From: Cloacibacillus sp. | Lineage (GTDB): Bacteria; Synergistota; Synergistia; Synergistales; Synergistaceae | Direction: 5' to 3' | Length of the DNA stretch: 24,000 bases | NCBI GenBank assembly: GCA_036655895.1 | Contig: JAVVPF010000015.1 | Span: forward strand, 1 to 24,000 | In this document: one piece after another, positions 14,817-21,695 of the stretch | Numbering within the stretch: position 1 is the stretch's first letter | Layout of the letters: every line of letters starts with the position of its first letter | Translations under genes and position numbers: made by a program | Notes under the pieces: model-generated | The model's database searches: none | Seen by the model: only the letters and a program-made list of their open reading frames with translations | What the model was told of the DNA's origin: nothing

Positions 14817-16481
14817 ATGAACAGCGATAAAGCTAAAAAAGGATACCTTCGCGCGCCGCACCGCTCGCTTCTCAAAGCGGCCGGCTACACCGACTGGGAA
14901 ATAGAACGCCCGTGGATAGGCGTAGCCAACGCCTACAACGCAATAATCCCAGGGCACACCCACCTGCGCACCATCACAGAGGCGGTCAAGGCCGGAATCT
15001 ACGCGGCGGGCGGCCTTCCGATAGAATTTCCGGTAATAGGGGTGTGCGACGGCATAGCCATGAACCACGAGGGAATGAAATTCTCCCTGCCCAGCCGTGA
15101 GCTCATCATGGACTCAGTAGAGGTGATGGCGCGCGCCCACGCCTTCGACGGGCTCGTGCTCGTGCCCAACTGCGACAAAATAGTGCCCGGCATGGCAATG
15201 GCCGCGGCGGAGCTGAACCTCCCGTCAGTAGTAGTCTCAGGCGGCCCCATGATGGCCGGGCAGCACAAAGGAAAAACACTCGACCTAAACAGCGTCTTTG
15301 AAGGCGTCGGCCAGCGCGGAGCCGGAAAAATAGACGACGCGGCCTTACAGGAGATAGAAGACAACGCCTGCCCCGGCTGCGGCTCCTGCTCAGGCATGTT
15401 CACGGCAAACACCATGAACTGCATGATGGAGGCGCTGGGCCTCGCCCTCCCCGGAAACGGCACCATTCCCGCCGTGCACGCCGGACGCATCCGCCTCGCA
15501 AAAGACGCAGGGCGCGCCGTAATGGCGCTCGTTGAAAAAAATATACGCCCGCGCGACATACTGACCGCGGAGGCCTTCAGAAACGCCGTAGCGGTAGACC
15601 TTGCTCTCGGCGGCTCCACAAACACCTCGCTCCACCTTCCCGCCATCGCGTGGGCGGCTGGGCTAAAACTATCTCTTGAACTCTTCAACGAAGTCGGCGA
15701 ACAGGTGCCGCACCTCTGCTCAATGAGCCCCGGCGGACAGTATCACATAGAGGACCTCTGGCGCGCAGGAGGAGTGCGCGCTCTCATGGAAGAACTCTTT
15801 GCCGCCAGCCTCATAAACGGCGAAGTCATCACAGTCACCGGAAAAACGGCCGCTGAAAACGCCGCGGGCGCCCGCGTGCTTGACACTGAGGTCATTCGCC
15901 CGCTCGACAGGCCCTACCACAAACAGGGCGGCCTTGCCTTCATGAAAGGAACGCTCGCCCCTCTTGGCGCAATAGTGAAACAGGCGGCGGTAGCCCCTGA
16001 AATGCTCGTCCACACCGGCCCGGCGCGCGTCTTTGAATCCGAAGAAGAGGCGAGCGCCGCAATAATGGCAAACAAAATAAAAGACGGCGACGTAGTCGTC
16101 ATTCGCTGCGAAGGCCCCAAAGGCGGCCCCGGAATGCGCGAAATGCTCGCCCCCACCTCCGCCATAATGGGTCAGGGCAAAGGAGAAACGGTAGCCCTCA
16201 TCACAGACGGGCGCTTCTCCGGCGCAACGCGCGGCGCCGCCATCGGCCACGTCTCGCCCGAAGCCGCGGTAGGCGGCCCCATCGGCCTTGTAGAAGAGGG
16301 AGACGAAATATACATCAACATCCCTGAAAAACGCCTCGACCTCCACGTCTCAGAAGAGACGCTCGCCGAACGCCGCAAAAAATTCGTCCCCAAAGAACAG
16401 CCCGTAGAGAGCCCCTTCCTAAACCGCTACCGCGCCTTCGCCACCAGCGGAGTAGAAGGCGGAGTGCTGAAAAAAGGCTAG
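14817..16481 (+). CDS. ilvD: dihydroxy-acid dehydratase
   Basis: The IlvD/Edd family is recognisable throughout ([53 protein letters not shown]). Confidence 0.95.
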   Translation: MNSDKAKKGYLRAPHRSLLKAAGYTDWEIERPWIGVANAYNAIIPGHTHLRTITEAVKAGIYAAGGLPIEFPVIGVCDGIAMNHEGMKFSLPSRELIMDSVEVMARAHAFDGLVLVPNCDKIVPGMAMAAAELNLPSVVVSGGPMMAGQHKGKTLDLNSVFEGVGQRGAGKIDDAALQEIEDNACPGCGSCSGMFTANTMNCMMEALGLALPGNGTIPAVHAGRIRLAKDAGRAVMALVEKNIRPRDILTAEAFRNAVAVDLALGGSTNTSLHLPAIAWAAGLKLSLELFNEVGEQVPHLCSMSPGGQYHIEDLWRAGGVRALMEELFAASLINGEVITVTGKTAAENAAGARVLDTEVIRPLDRPYHKQGGLAFMKGTLAPLGAIVKQAAVAPEMLVHTGPARVFESEEEASAAIMANKIKDGDVVVIRCEGPKGGPGMREMLAPTSAIMGQGKGETVALITDGRFSGATRGAAIGHVSPEAAVGGPIGLVEEGDEIYINIPEKRLDLHVSEETLAERRKKFVPKEQPVESPFLNRYRAFATSGVEGGVLKKG

Positions 16482-16521
16482 CCCCTTACCTCGGCAATAA
16501 AAACCCAACATAAATAAACCG

Positions 16522-16553
16522 AAGAGAGCCGCGTCGCCAGACGAGGCTCTCTT
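16522..16553. terminator. hairpin between convergent ilvD and the DpnI-like gene
   Basis: AAGAGAGCC-g-CGTC-gcca-GACG-a-GGCTCTCTT. A 9-bp outer stem plus a 4-bp inner stem. T-tracts are weak on both sides. Confidence 0.55.
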
Positions 16554-16629
16554 GATCTGCATGCGACGGAGGTATCGCAAACTGGGCGGAACAAGGCTGT
16601 AAATGCGTCTGTCTATGTGCCGCCGCTTC

Positions 16630-17403
16630 TCACAGCGCTGCTTTCCGGTATCGCCCGCGCCCTGCGAACTCAATAAGCCCCCGGTCTCTTAGCATCTGCA
16701 ACTGCTGCCTTATTTTTGCGCGGATGTTGTTGTTTTCTGGGTGGATCGCCGACAGTTTTTCTTCAAAGTCGTATATTTTCGCCAGCGTGAATTCTTCGCC
16801 TGCGGTTTTGTTGACGCAGTTTAAAATGTCCAACAGCCAACTGCGCGTGGCCATCTCTTTTACCTCAAGCTTTAAGGCGGCGGCGAATTTTTTAATGACC
16901 ACTGCTTTTTCAAGCGGTACGCTATTCTCGATGATGTATATCCGCCCCTGCTCTGGAATGTCGTGAAGCAAGATATTACAGCCCGTCCATCCGGCTCTTT
17001 TTGCGGTAGGTGAAAGTGGTTCGCGTTTTTCAACTATCTTTGGTGTGAAGAAGAATTTTGGCACGGCGAAAAGGTCGTGGACGCGCATATCGGCGCGGCT
17101 GTAGTTCATGAAAAGAAAATCAGGGTTTGTCGTGCTCTTGATGCGGTCGATCATAGCTTCGTAGGCGCCGCCTGCCGTCTTTTTTGAAAAACCGTTCTGG
17201 CGGCTCTTTTGCTCGTAGACCGCGCCGCAGGCGGGGCAGGAAAAATCCTTCACTGGCCGGTTCGCCGTCTCATGTATCAGATGATCGCTGCCGCAGCGAG
17301 GGCAGTAAAGGTTTGGCGCAGTCCACCCTTCGGTGAGCCTGCGCGCGATCTGCGACGGGCTCATGTATTGATTGCCAAGTTTCTCCTCAAGCGCCGTATT
17401 CAT
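16630..17403 (-). CDS. DpnI-like (Dam-replacing family, PF06044) methyl-directed type IIM restriction endonuclease
   Basis: It matches my recollection of S. pneumoniae DpnI along the whole length. Shared segments include A..LTE.W......YCP.CG...L.H...NRPV.DF.C..C, GAY..M..R.....NP.F.F..Y, PL.PTA.RAGW.GCNI, the C-terminal winged helix ..IL.C......EFTL...Y.FE..L, and I..KIRQQLQ.LRD...IEF.GRG.YRK. At 257 aa it is close to DpnI's roughly 254 aa. ATG at 17403 follows GGGAGA. Confidence 0.85.
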   Translation of the reverse strand: MNTALEEKLGNQYMSPSQIARRLTEGWTAPNLYCPRCGSDHLIHETANRPVKDFSCPACGAVYEQKSRQNGFSKKTAGGAYEAMIDRIKSTTNPDFLFMNYSRADMRVHDLFAVPKFFFTPKIVEKREPLSPTAKRAGWTGCNILLHDIPEQGRIYIIENSVPLEKAVVIKKFAAALKLEVKEMATRSWLLDILNCVNKTAGEEFTLAKIYDFEEKLSAIHPENNNIRAKIRQQLQMLRDRGLIEFAGRGRYRKAAL

Positions 17404-17429
17404 CGTCTTAAGTCTCCCGTTTCCTATAG

Positions 17430-18644
17430 TTAAAACATCTCCGTAACTCTCTCCAATATGCCGTTCAGCTGGGCTATGGCTATGCCGTAGTTGGTTATGG
17501 GGACGCCGGCGGCTTGGGCTTCTATTATTCGGGACATTAGCTGTTTTCTGGTGAACATGCAACCGCCGCAGTGGAGGATGAGTTTGTATTCTTTGAGGTT
17601 CGCGGGGAAGTCAAGGCCGGTGGCGATGTCGGCGGTGAGGTTTTCTCCGGCTTTTTCGCGCAGCCAACGCGGCAGTTTTTCGCGGCCGATGTCTTCGTTC
17701 AGCGGCGCGTGGGTGCAGGCTTCGGCTATTAGCACCTTGTCGCCGTCTTTGAGGTTTTCTATGGCGCGCGCGCCCTCTATGAAGGCGGCAAGTTCGCCTT
17801 TCGCTCGCGCCATGAGTATGGAGAAGGAGGTGAGCGGCACGCTGCGCGGCAGCACGCCGTTTACGTAGCCAAAGACCTGCGAGTCGGTTATGACGAGCGC
17901 CGGCGGCTCTTTGAGCGCGGCCAGCATCTGCGGGAAACGGTCGGCGGTGCAGGAGAGCGCCATGCCGCCGTTGTCCAGGATGTCGCGTATCGTCTGCACT
18001 TCGGGCAGTATGAGCCGGCCTTTGGGAGCCTGTATGTCCTGCGGCGCTACGAGTACGACAGTGGCGCCCGGCAAAAAGAGGTCGCCCGTCAGCGTCGGCG
18101 CTTCAAAATCTGTGGGCGCCGCCTTTACGATGGAGGCAAGCAGCGGCGCGCGGGAGTTTTTGTCAAGCGCGGAGACCGCCGTGAAGGGGATGCCGAGCGC
18201 GGCTTCGACGCGGGCGCGAAGCGGCTCCACCTCCTGCGGCGCCAGTTTGTCCGTCTGGTTGAGCACGCCGATGACCGAGGTTTTTCTCTTTCGGAACTCT
18301 TCTATCCATTCTTTTTCAAAGTCAAGCGCGCCCGACGCCGCGCCCGCGGCTACGACCAGCAGCGCAAGGTCCGTCCTGTCCATCATGGAGCGCGCGCGTT
18401 CGATGCGCAGGGCGCCCAGCTCGCCGGTGTCGTCCAGCCCCGCCGTGTCTATTACGGCGATGGGGCCGAGCGGCAACAGCTCCATGCTTTTGATGACGGG
18501 GTCGGTGGTTGTGCCGGCGTATTCGGAGACGAGCGCCGTCTGCTGCGCCGTTACGAGGTTTATGAGGCTCGATTTGCCGGCGTTGCGTCTGCCGTAGAAG
18601 CCGATGTGCAGGCGGTTGCCGCGGGGGGTGTCGGAGAGCGCCAT
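17430..18644 (-). CDS. hydF: [FeFe]-hydrogenase H-cluster maturation GTPase HydF
   Basis: N-terminal GTPase P-loop GRRNAGKSSLIN, plus the C-terminal cluster-binding motif EACTHAP...HCGGC (CxH...HCxxC). Length is 404 aa. Confidence 0.9.
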   Translation of the reverse strand: MALSDTPRGNRLHIGFYGRRNAGKSSLINLVTAQQTALVSEYAGTTTDPVIKSMELLPLGPIAVIDTAGLDDTGELGALRIERARSMMDRTDLALLVVAAGAASGALDFEKEWIEEFRKRKTSVIGVLNQTDKLAPQEVEPLRARVEAALGIPFTAVSALDKNSRAPLLASIVKAAPTDFEAPTLTGDLFLPGATVVLVAPQDIQAPKGRLILPEVQTIRDILDNGGMALSCTADRFPQMLAALKEPPALVITDSQVFGYVNGVLPRSVPLTSFSILMARAKGELAAFIEGARAIENLKDGDKVLIAEACTHAPLNEDIGREKLPRWLREKAGENLTADIATGLDFPANLKEYKLILHCGGCMFTRKQLMSRIIEAQAAGVPITNYGIAIAQLNGILERVTEMF

Positions 18645-19568
18645 CTATTTCACCAGCGCGCGCACGTCGTCTATTTTTTTGCGCTGCAAGCCGTTGTCGA
18701 GCATGAACTGCTGCGTGCGCACCAGCTCTTCTATGTCTGCTTTGCGAATGGCCGGGTCAAAGTTGTACCAGCCGTACATGGCCTCTACGCCGGCCATCGG
18801 CATTCCAGTCTCTTTCTGGGTCATCTCTTTTGCCTCTTTTGGATGTTTTTTCATCCATTCGAGCGTCTTTTTGTGCGTCTCCATGAAGGTCGCGACGGCT
18901 TTAGGATAGGCTTTCATGAATTTGTCCGTCGTGGCTATGACGATCGTCGCGTCCACTAGTCCCTCGCCGTTTTTGAGCATCCGCGAGCCTGTTGAGAGCG
19001 CCTTGTAGGCGGCGGGGCCGGCAAGCAGCGCCGCGTCTACGCTGTTGTTCGCCAGTGCGTTTGCGCCGGAGGCCAAGTCCATCTGGATGAAGCTGACGTC
19101 GCGCATGGACATGCCCTCTTTGTCGAGCGCTGCGGCAAGCAGCTGATGAAGTATCGTTCCTTTGGGGCCGGCCACTTTTTTGCCTTTGAGGTCGCGCACG
19201 GTTTTTATCGCGGGGTCTTTTACTACTATCATGAAGGCTTTCGGCGCGCGGGAGTATATTCCGACGATGCGAAGGTCAAGGCCTTCGGAGGCGGCAAGCA
19301 GCGCTGAGGTGGAGCCAAGGCAGCTGGCTATGCCTATCTCGCCCGCGGCAAGCGCAGCCGTCTGTTTGGGGCCCTCCGTCAGTTCGGGGAAGGCGAGCGT
19401 AACGCCGGGGTAGGCGGCTTCAAAGGATCTGTTGTATTTTTCAACGATCGACGGAACGTTGAGCGGCGCTTTGACGTAGGTGATGGCAAGTTTTGCCGGG
19501 TAGTCCGCGGCAAACGCTGTGGCCGCCGCCGCAAGGACGATGAGAAACGCTGTGATTATTTTTTTCAT
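18645..19568 (-). CDS. periplasmic substrate-binding protein, NMT1/THI5-like (NitT/TauT ABC family type), orphan
   Basis: Signal peptide MKKIITAFLIVLAAAATAFA. The sequence has SsuA/NMT1-like character. RBS GGGAGA. Its TAG stop abuts the hydF ATG (TAGATG). No permease or ATPase gene is adjacent. Confidence 0.75.
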   Translation of the reverse strand: MKKIITAFLIVLAAAATAFAADYPAKLAITYVKAPLNVPSIVEKYNRSFEAAYPGVTLAFPELTEGPKQTAALAAGEIGIASCLGSTSALLAASEGLDLRIVGIYSRAPKAFMIVVKDPAIKTVRDLKGKKVAGPKGTILHQLLAAALDKEGMSMRDVSFIQMDLASGANALANNSVDAALLAGPAAYKALSTGSRMLKNGEGLVDATIVIATTDKFMKAYPKAVATFMETHKKTLEWMKKHPKEAKEMTQKETGMPMAGVEAMYGWYNFDPAIRKADIEELVRTQQFMLDNGLQRKKIDDVRALVK

Positions 19569-19660
19569 TTTGAATATCTCCCTTTTTTAATTTTAAATTT
19601 TTATATTTTGGAACGGCTGATCATAAAACTGCAAAAGGACGGGCTGTCGAAGAGAGGCCT

Positions 19661-19948
19661 CTATTTTTTCGACATGGCGGCTTTGACGGTGACGCCGGTT
19701 ATTTTTCCCAGTTTGCCTGTGAGCGCGCTTATGGAATCGGTCGTTCCGTCCAGCACGACGGAGATGACTGAAAGTCCGCGCTCGCGGTAGGGGATGCCGA
19801 GGCGGCCGACGATGAGGCCGCTGTACTGGTGCAGCACGGCGTTGACGGAGGCGGCGCTGTCCGGCTCTTCAACGATTATGGCGGCCACGCCGATTTTGTT
19901 TTCGTCCTTTTTTTGTTCTTTGTCTTCGTTTGCTGGTATTTCCGGCAT
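19661..19948 (-). CDS. TM1266-family putative iron-only hydrogenase system regulator (ACT/NikR-C-like, 95 aa)
   Basis: ATG at 19948 follows GGAGGG. The core IGVAAIIVEEPDSAASVNAVLHQYSGLIVGRLGIPYRERGLSVISVVLDGTTDSISALTGKLGKITGVTVKAAM fits my recollection of the TIGR03959 family. Its position beside hydF agrees. Confidence 0.7.
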   Translation of the reverse strand: MPEIPANEDKEQKKDENKIGVAAIIVEEPDSAASVNAVLHQYSGLIVGRLGIPYRERGLSVISVVLDGTTDSISALTGKLGKITGVTVKAAMSKK

Positions 19949-19966
19949 GGATGTCCCTCCTAAAAT

Positions 19967-20003
19967 AAAAAACAGAGCCGCTCCCGCACGGGAAAGGCTC
20001 TGT
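19967..20003 (-). terminator. intrinsic terminator inside the 5' leader of the TM1266-SBP-hydF operon
   Basis: On the minus strand: ACAGAGCC (20003-19996), a 16-nt interior with inner stem UCCC/GGGA, GGCUCUGU (19979-19972), then U5. It lies 23 nt upstream of the start codon. Confidence 0.6.
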
Positions 20004-20127
20004 GAACGACATACAGAATTGCAGACCGCTTGCCGACCGCCGGAATGTTTCAACTAACGCGCCCGTGCGGGGCGACATACAGAACTGTTTACCTCTCCCC
20101 ACCCGCAGGGCGCACCTCCGGGAGCGG
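19967..20127 (-). promoter_or_regulatory. attenuator / candidate riboswitch leader of the hydrogenase-maturation operon
   Basis: There are mutually exclusive helices. 20119-20127 is complementary to 19978-19986 (9 bp). 20062-20071 is complementary to 19983-19992 (10 bp). An upstream hairpin pairs 20102-20113 with 20059-20071 (12 bp, one bulge). A 12-nt direct repeat occurs at 20073-20084 and 20007-20018. Confidence 0.5.
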
Positions 20128-20152
20128 AACGTTTATTAAAATCTCTTTAGAT

Positions 20153-20180
20153 ATTATAGGCTAAATCTTGCGTTAGGCAA
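20153..20180 (-). promoter_or_regulatory. candidate promoter of the TM1266-SBP-hydF operon
   Basis: On the minus strand: TTGCCT (20180-20175), 16-nt spacer, TATAAT (20158-20153). Confidence 0.45.
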
Positions 20181-20239
20181 GCGGTATTTTTAACGAACCG
20201 CCCGCGCCGCCGCACCGTTTTTTGCGGCGCTTTCGTAAA

Positions 20240-20935
20240 TTATTTGAGCGGATGTTTCGCCTTGTCCTTTGCGTCCTCGGCCTTGTAGAAGGCGTCGATT
20301 TTTTCTAATATGAGGCGGCGTTTTTCGCGGTCGTCCGCCTCCTGAGGCAGAAGCGCCGGGTCTATCGGATCTCCGAAGGTGACGGTGAGCTTGCGCGGGC
20401 GCGGGAAGCGCATGGCGGGCGAGAGCGCGCGGAAGGAGCCGCTGACGTAGGTGGGCACGACAGGCGCGCCTGTTTTTAGCGCCATGATGGCGACGCCGCC
20501 TTCAAGCGGCTGGAGCCGTCCGTCGAGCGTCCTGTGCCCTTCGGGGCAGATGAAGGCGCTGAATCCGTCTTTTATAAAGCCTATGACCATGCGAAGCAGC
20601 CCCGCGGAGCTGGCTTTGTTTTCGGGCGAGACTGGCACAGCGCCCATCTCATGCAGGAAGGCCGCGAAGGGTTTGAAGTGAAACAGCCCTTCCCATGCGA
20701 TGAATTTTAAATAGCCGGGCAAAAAGGCGTATCCAACTACGGGCGGGTCGAGGTAGCTTGCGTGGTTTGGCGCGACTATTACGGGCCTCTCCTGCGGGAT
20801 TTTCTCTTTGCCGAAAATCTCCAAACGATGATAGAATGTGAAATATAGGAATGTTATAAGACGTACTACGTTATATACCCAGTTTCTGTCAGATTTCAAA
20901 GCCGATTCCCCCAATGTGCTGCTGTTTAATAGCAT
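20240..20935 (-). CDS. plsC: 1-acyl-sn-glycerol-3-phosphate acyltransferase (lysophospholipid acyltransferase family)
   Basis: Acyltransferase block I NHASYLD (HX4D) and block III CPEGHRT. Length is 231 aa. Confidence 0.85.
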   Translation of the reverse strand: MLLNSSTLGESALKSDRNWVYNVVRLITFLYFTFYHRLEIFGKEKIPQERPVIVAPNHASYLDPPVVGYAFLPGYLKFIAWEGLFHFKPFAAFLHEMGAVPVSPENKASSAGLLRMVIGFIKDGFSAFICPEGHRTLDGRLQPLEGGVAIMALKTGAPVVPTYVSGSFRALSPAMRFPRPRKLTVTFGDPIDPALLPQEADDREKRRLILEKIDAFYKAEDAKDKAKHPLK

Positions 20936-20976
20936 AACTCAGCGAGGGGGCGGCTGGCAAGTGAGGAGCGGTAAAT

Positions 20977-21591
20977 TTGGAGGATAAAAATATAAAATCT
21001 CAGAACACGGCGGAGGGCGCGCGCGGCTTTACGCTTCGGACGCTCGGGCGCGACCTTTTTCTCGGCTGCGTCGCCATCATGCCGCTTGCGCTCTTTATTT
21101 TCTGTTTCTATTATCTCATCGGATTTTTTGAGGCGATAGGCGCGCTCATCTTCGGCATAACAAAATCGCAGAAGTCGACGGCGCTGATAAGCTGTTTTCT
21201 CATCGTAACTCTCATCTCCATCGGGCGAAAGCTGCGCCGCAGGGAGACGTCGATACTGAGCCTTCTCGAACACTACGTCATCACAAAGATACCGGTCCTG
21301 GGCGGCTGGTATACGGCGCTGCGCGACATTTTGCAGACGTTCACCTCAGGCGGCGGCAACACCTACCTCGGCACGGCGAAGGTGCCGGCGGGGCCGGGAT
21401 ATATCATAGGCTTCGTCTCCAGGCGCGAGACGCTTGCCGACGGCTCCGTGCAGGTGACGGTCTTCGTGCCTACGTCGCCGAACCCGACGACGGGGCTGGT
21501 ATTTTTCTTCCCGGAGGATCAGATAGAATATCTCGACCTGTCGCCCGAGAAGGCCTTTACAAAGATAATCTCACTTGGCGTGAAATCTTAA
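20977..21591 (+). CDS. DUF502 domain membrane protein
   Basis: TTG start 8 nt after GAGGAG. Two N-terminal TM segments are followed by DUF502-like I.KIP..G..Y.......Q.F.......F.....V......Y..GF......VFVPT.PNPTTG. Confidence 0.75.
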   Translation: MEDKNIKSQNTAEGARGFTLRTLGRDLFLGCVAIMPLALFIFCFYYLIGFFEAIGALIFGITKSQKSTALISCFLIVTLISIGRKLRRRETSILSLLEHYVITKIPVLGGWYTALRDILQTFTSGGGNTYLGTAKVPAGPGYIIGFVSRRETLADGSVQVTVFVPTSPNPTTGLVFFFPEDQIEYLDLSPEKAFTKIISLGVKS

Positions 21592-21637
21592 AGGCGGACG
21601 GCGAAGGCGCCGCCTCTATTTTTCAAAAAAGGCAAAG

Positions 21638-21672
21638 GCCGCGGCCCCAGTCGTTTTGACCGGGGCCGCGGC
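21638..21672. terminator. bidirectional intrinsic terminator
   Basis: GCCGCGGCCCC (21638-21648) pairs with GGGGCCGCGGC (21662-21672), an 11-bp GC stem flanked by AAAG and TTTATGTTTTT. It lies between the convergent DUF502 and PFOR genes. Confidence 0.65.
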
Positions 21673-21695
21673 TTTATGTTTTTGCGTCTTTTGCG

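Noticed and set aside
17404-17562. 53-codon extension of the DpnI-like ORF overlapping the 3' end of hydF
   Set aside because: DpnI homology begins at the ATG at 17403, which has a GGGAGA RBS. The extension is an out-of-frame overlap with hydF.
13666-18597. Multiple long antisense or out-of-frame ORFs inside ilvB, ilvD and hydF (for example 13666..14325, 14999..15688, 15720..16346, 17890..18597)
   Set aside because: These are shadow ORFs of GC-rich coding regions, with Ser/Ala/Arg/Pro-rich low-complexity products. They overlap confidently identified genes.
19949-20053. 35-codon N-terminal extension of the TM1266-like ORF (TTG at 20053)
   Set aside because: The extension spans the terminator hairpin. 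GGAGGG precedes the ATG at 19948, and the resulting 95 aa fits the family size.
19869-20102. 77-aa ORF through the hyd leader with a duplicated QFCMS motif, considered as a Cys/Met-sensing leader peptide
   Set aside because: The duplication is simply the translation of the 12-nt RNA repeat. The ORF runs through the terminator and into the regulator gene in another frame, and its RBS spacing is poor. It does not behave like an attenuation leader peptide.
20208-20229. Hairpin CGCCGCA-N8-TGCGGCG just downstream of the plsC stop, considered as a terminator
   Set aside because: The stem is only 7 bp, with no U-tract on the minus strand transcript. It may contribute to termination, but the evidence is insufficient to call it.
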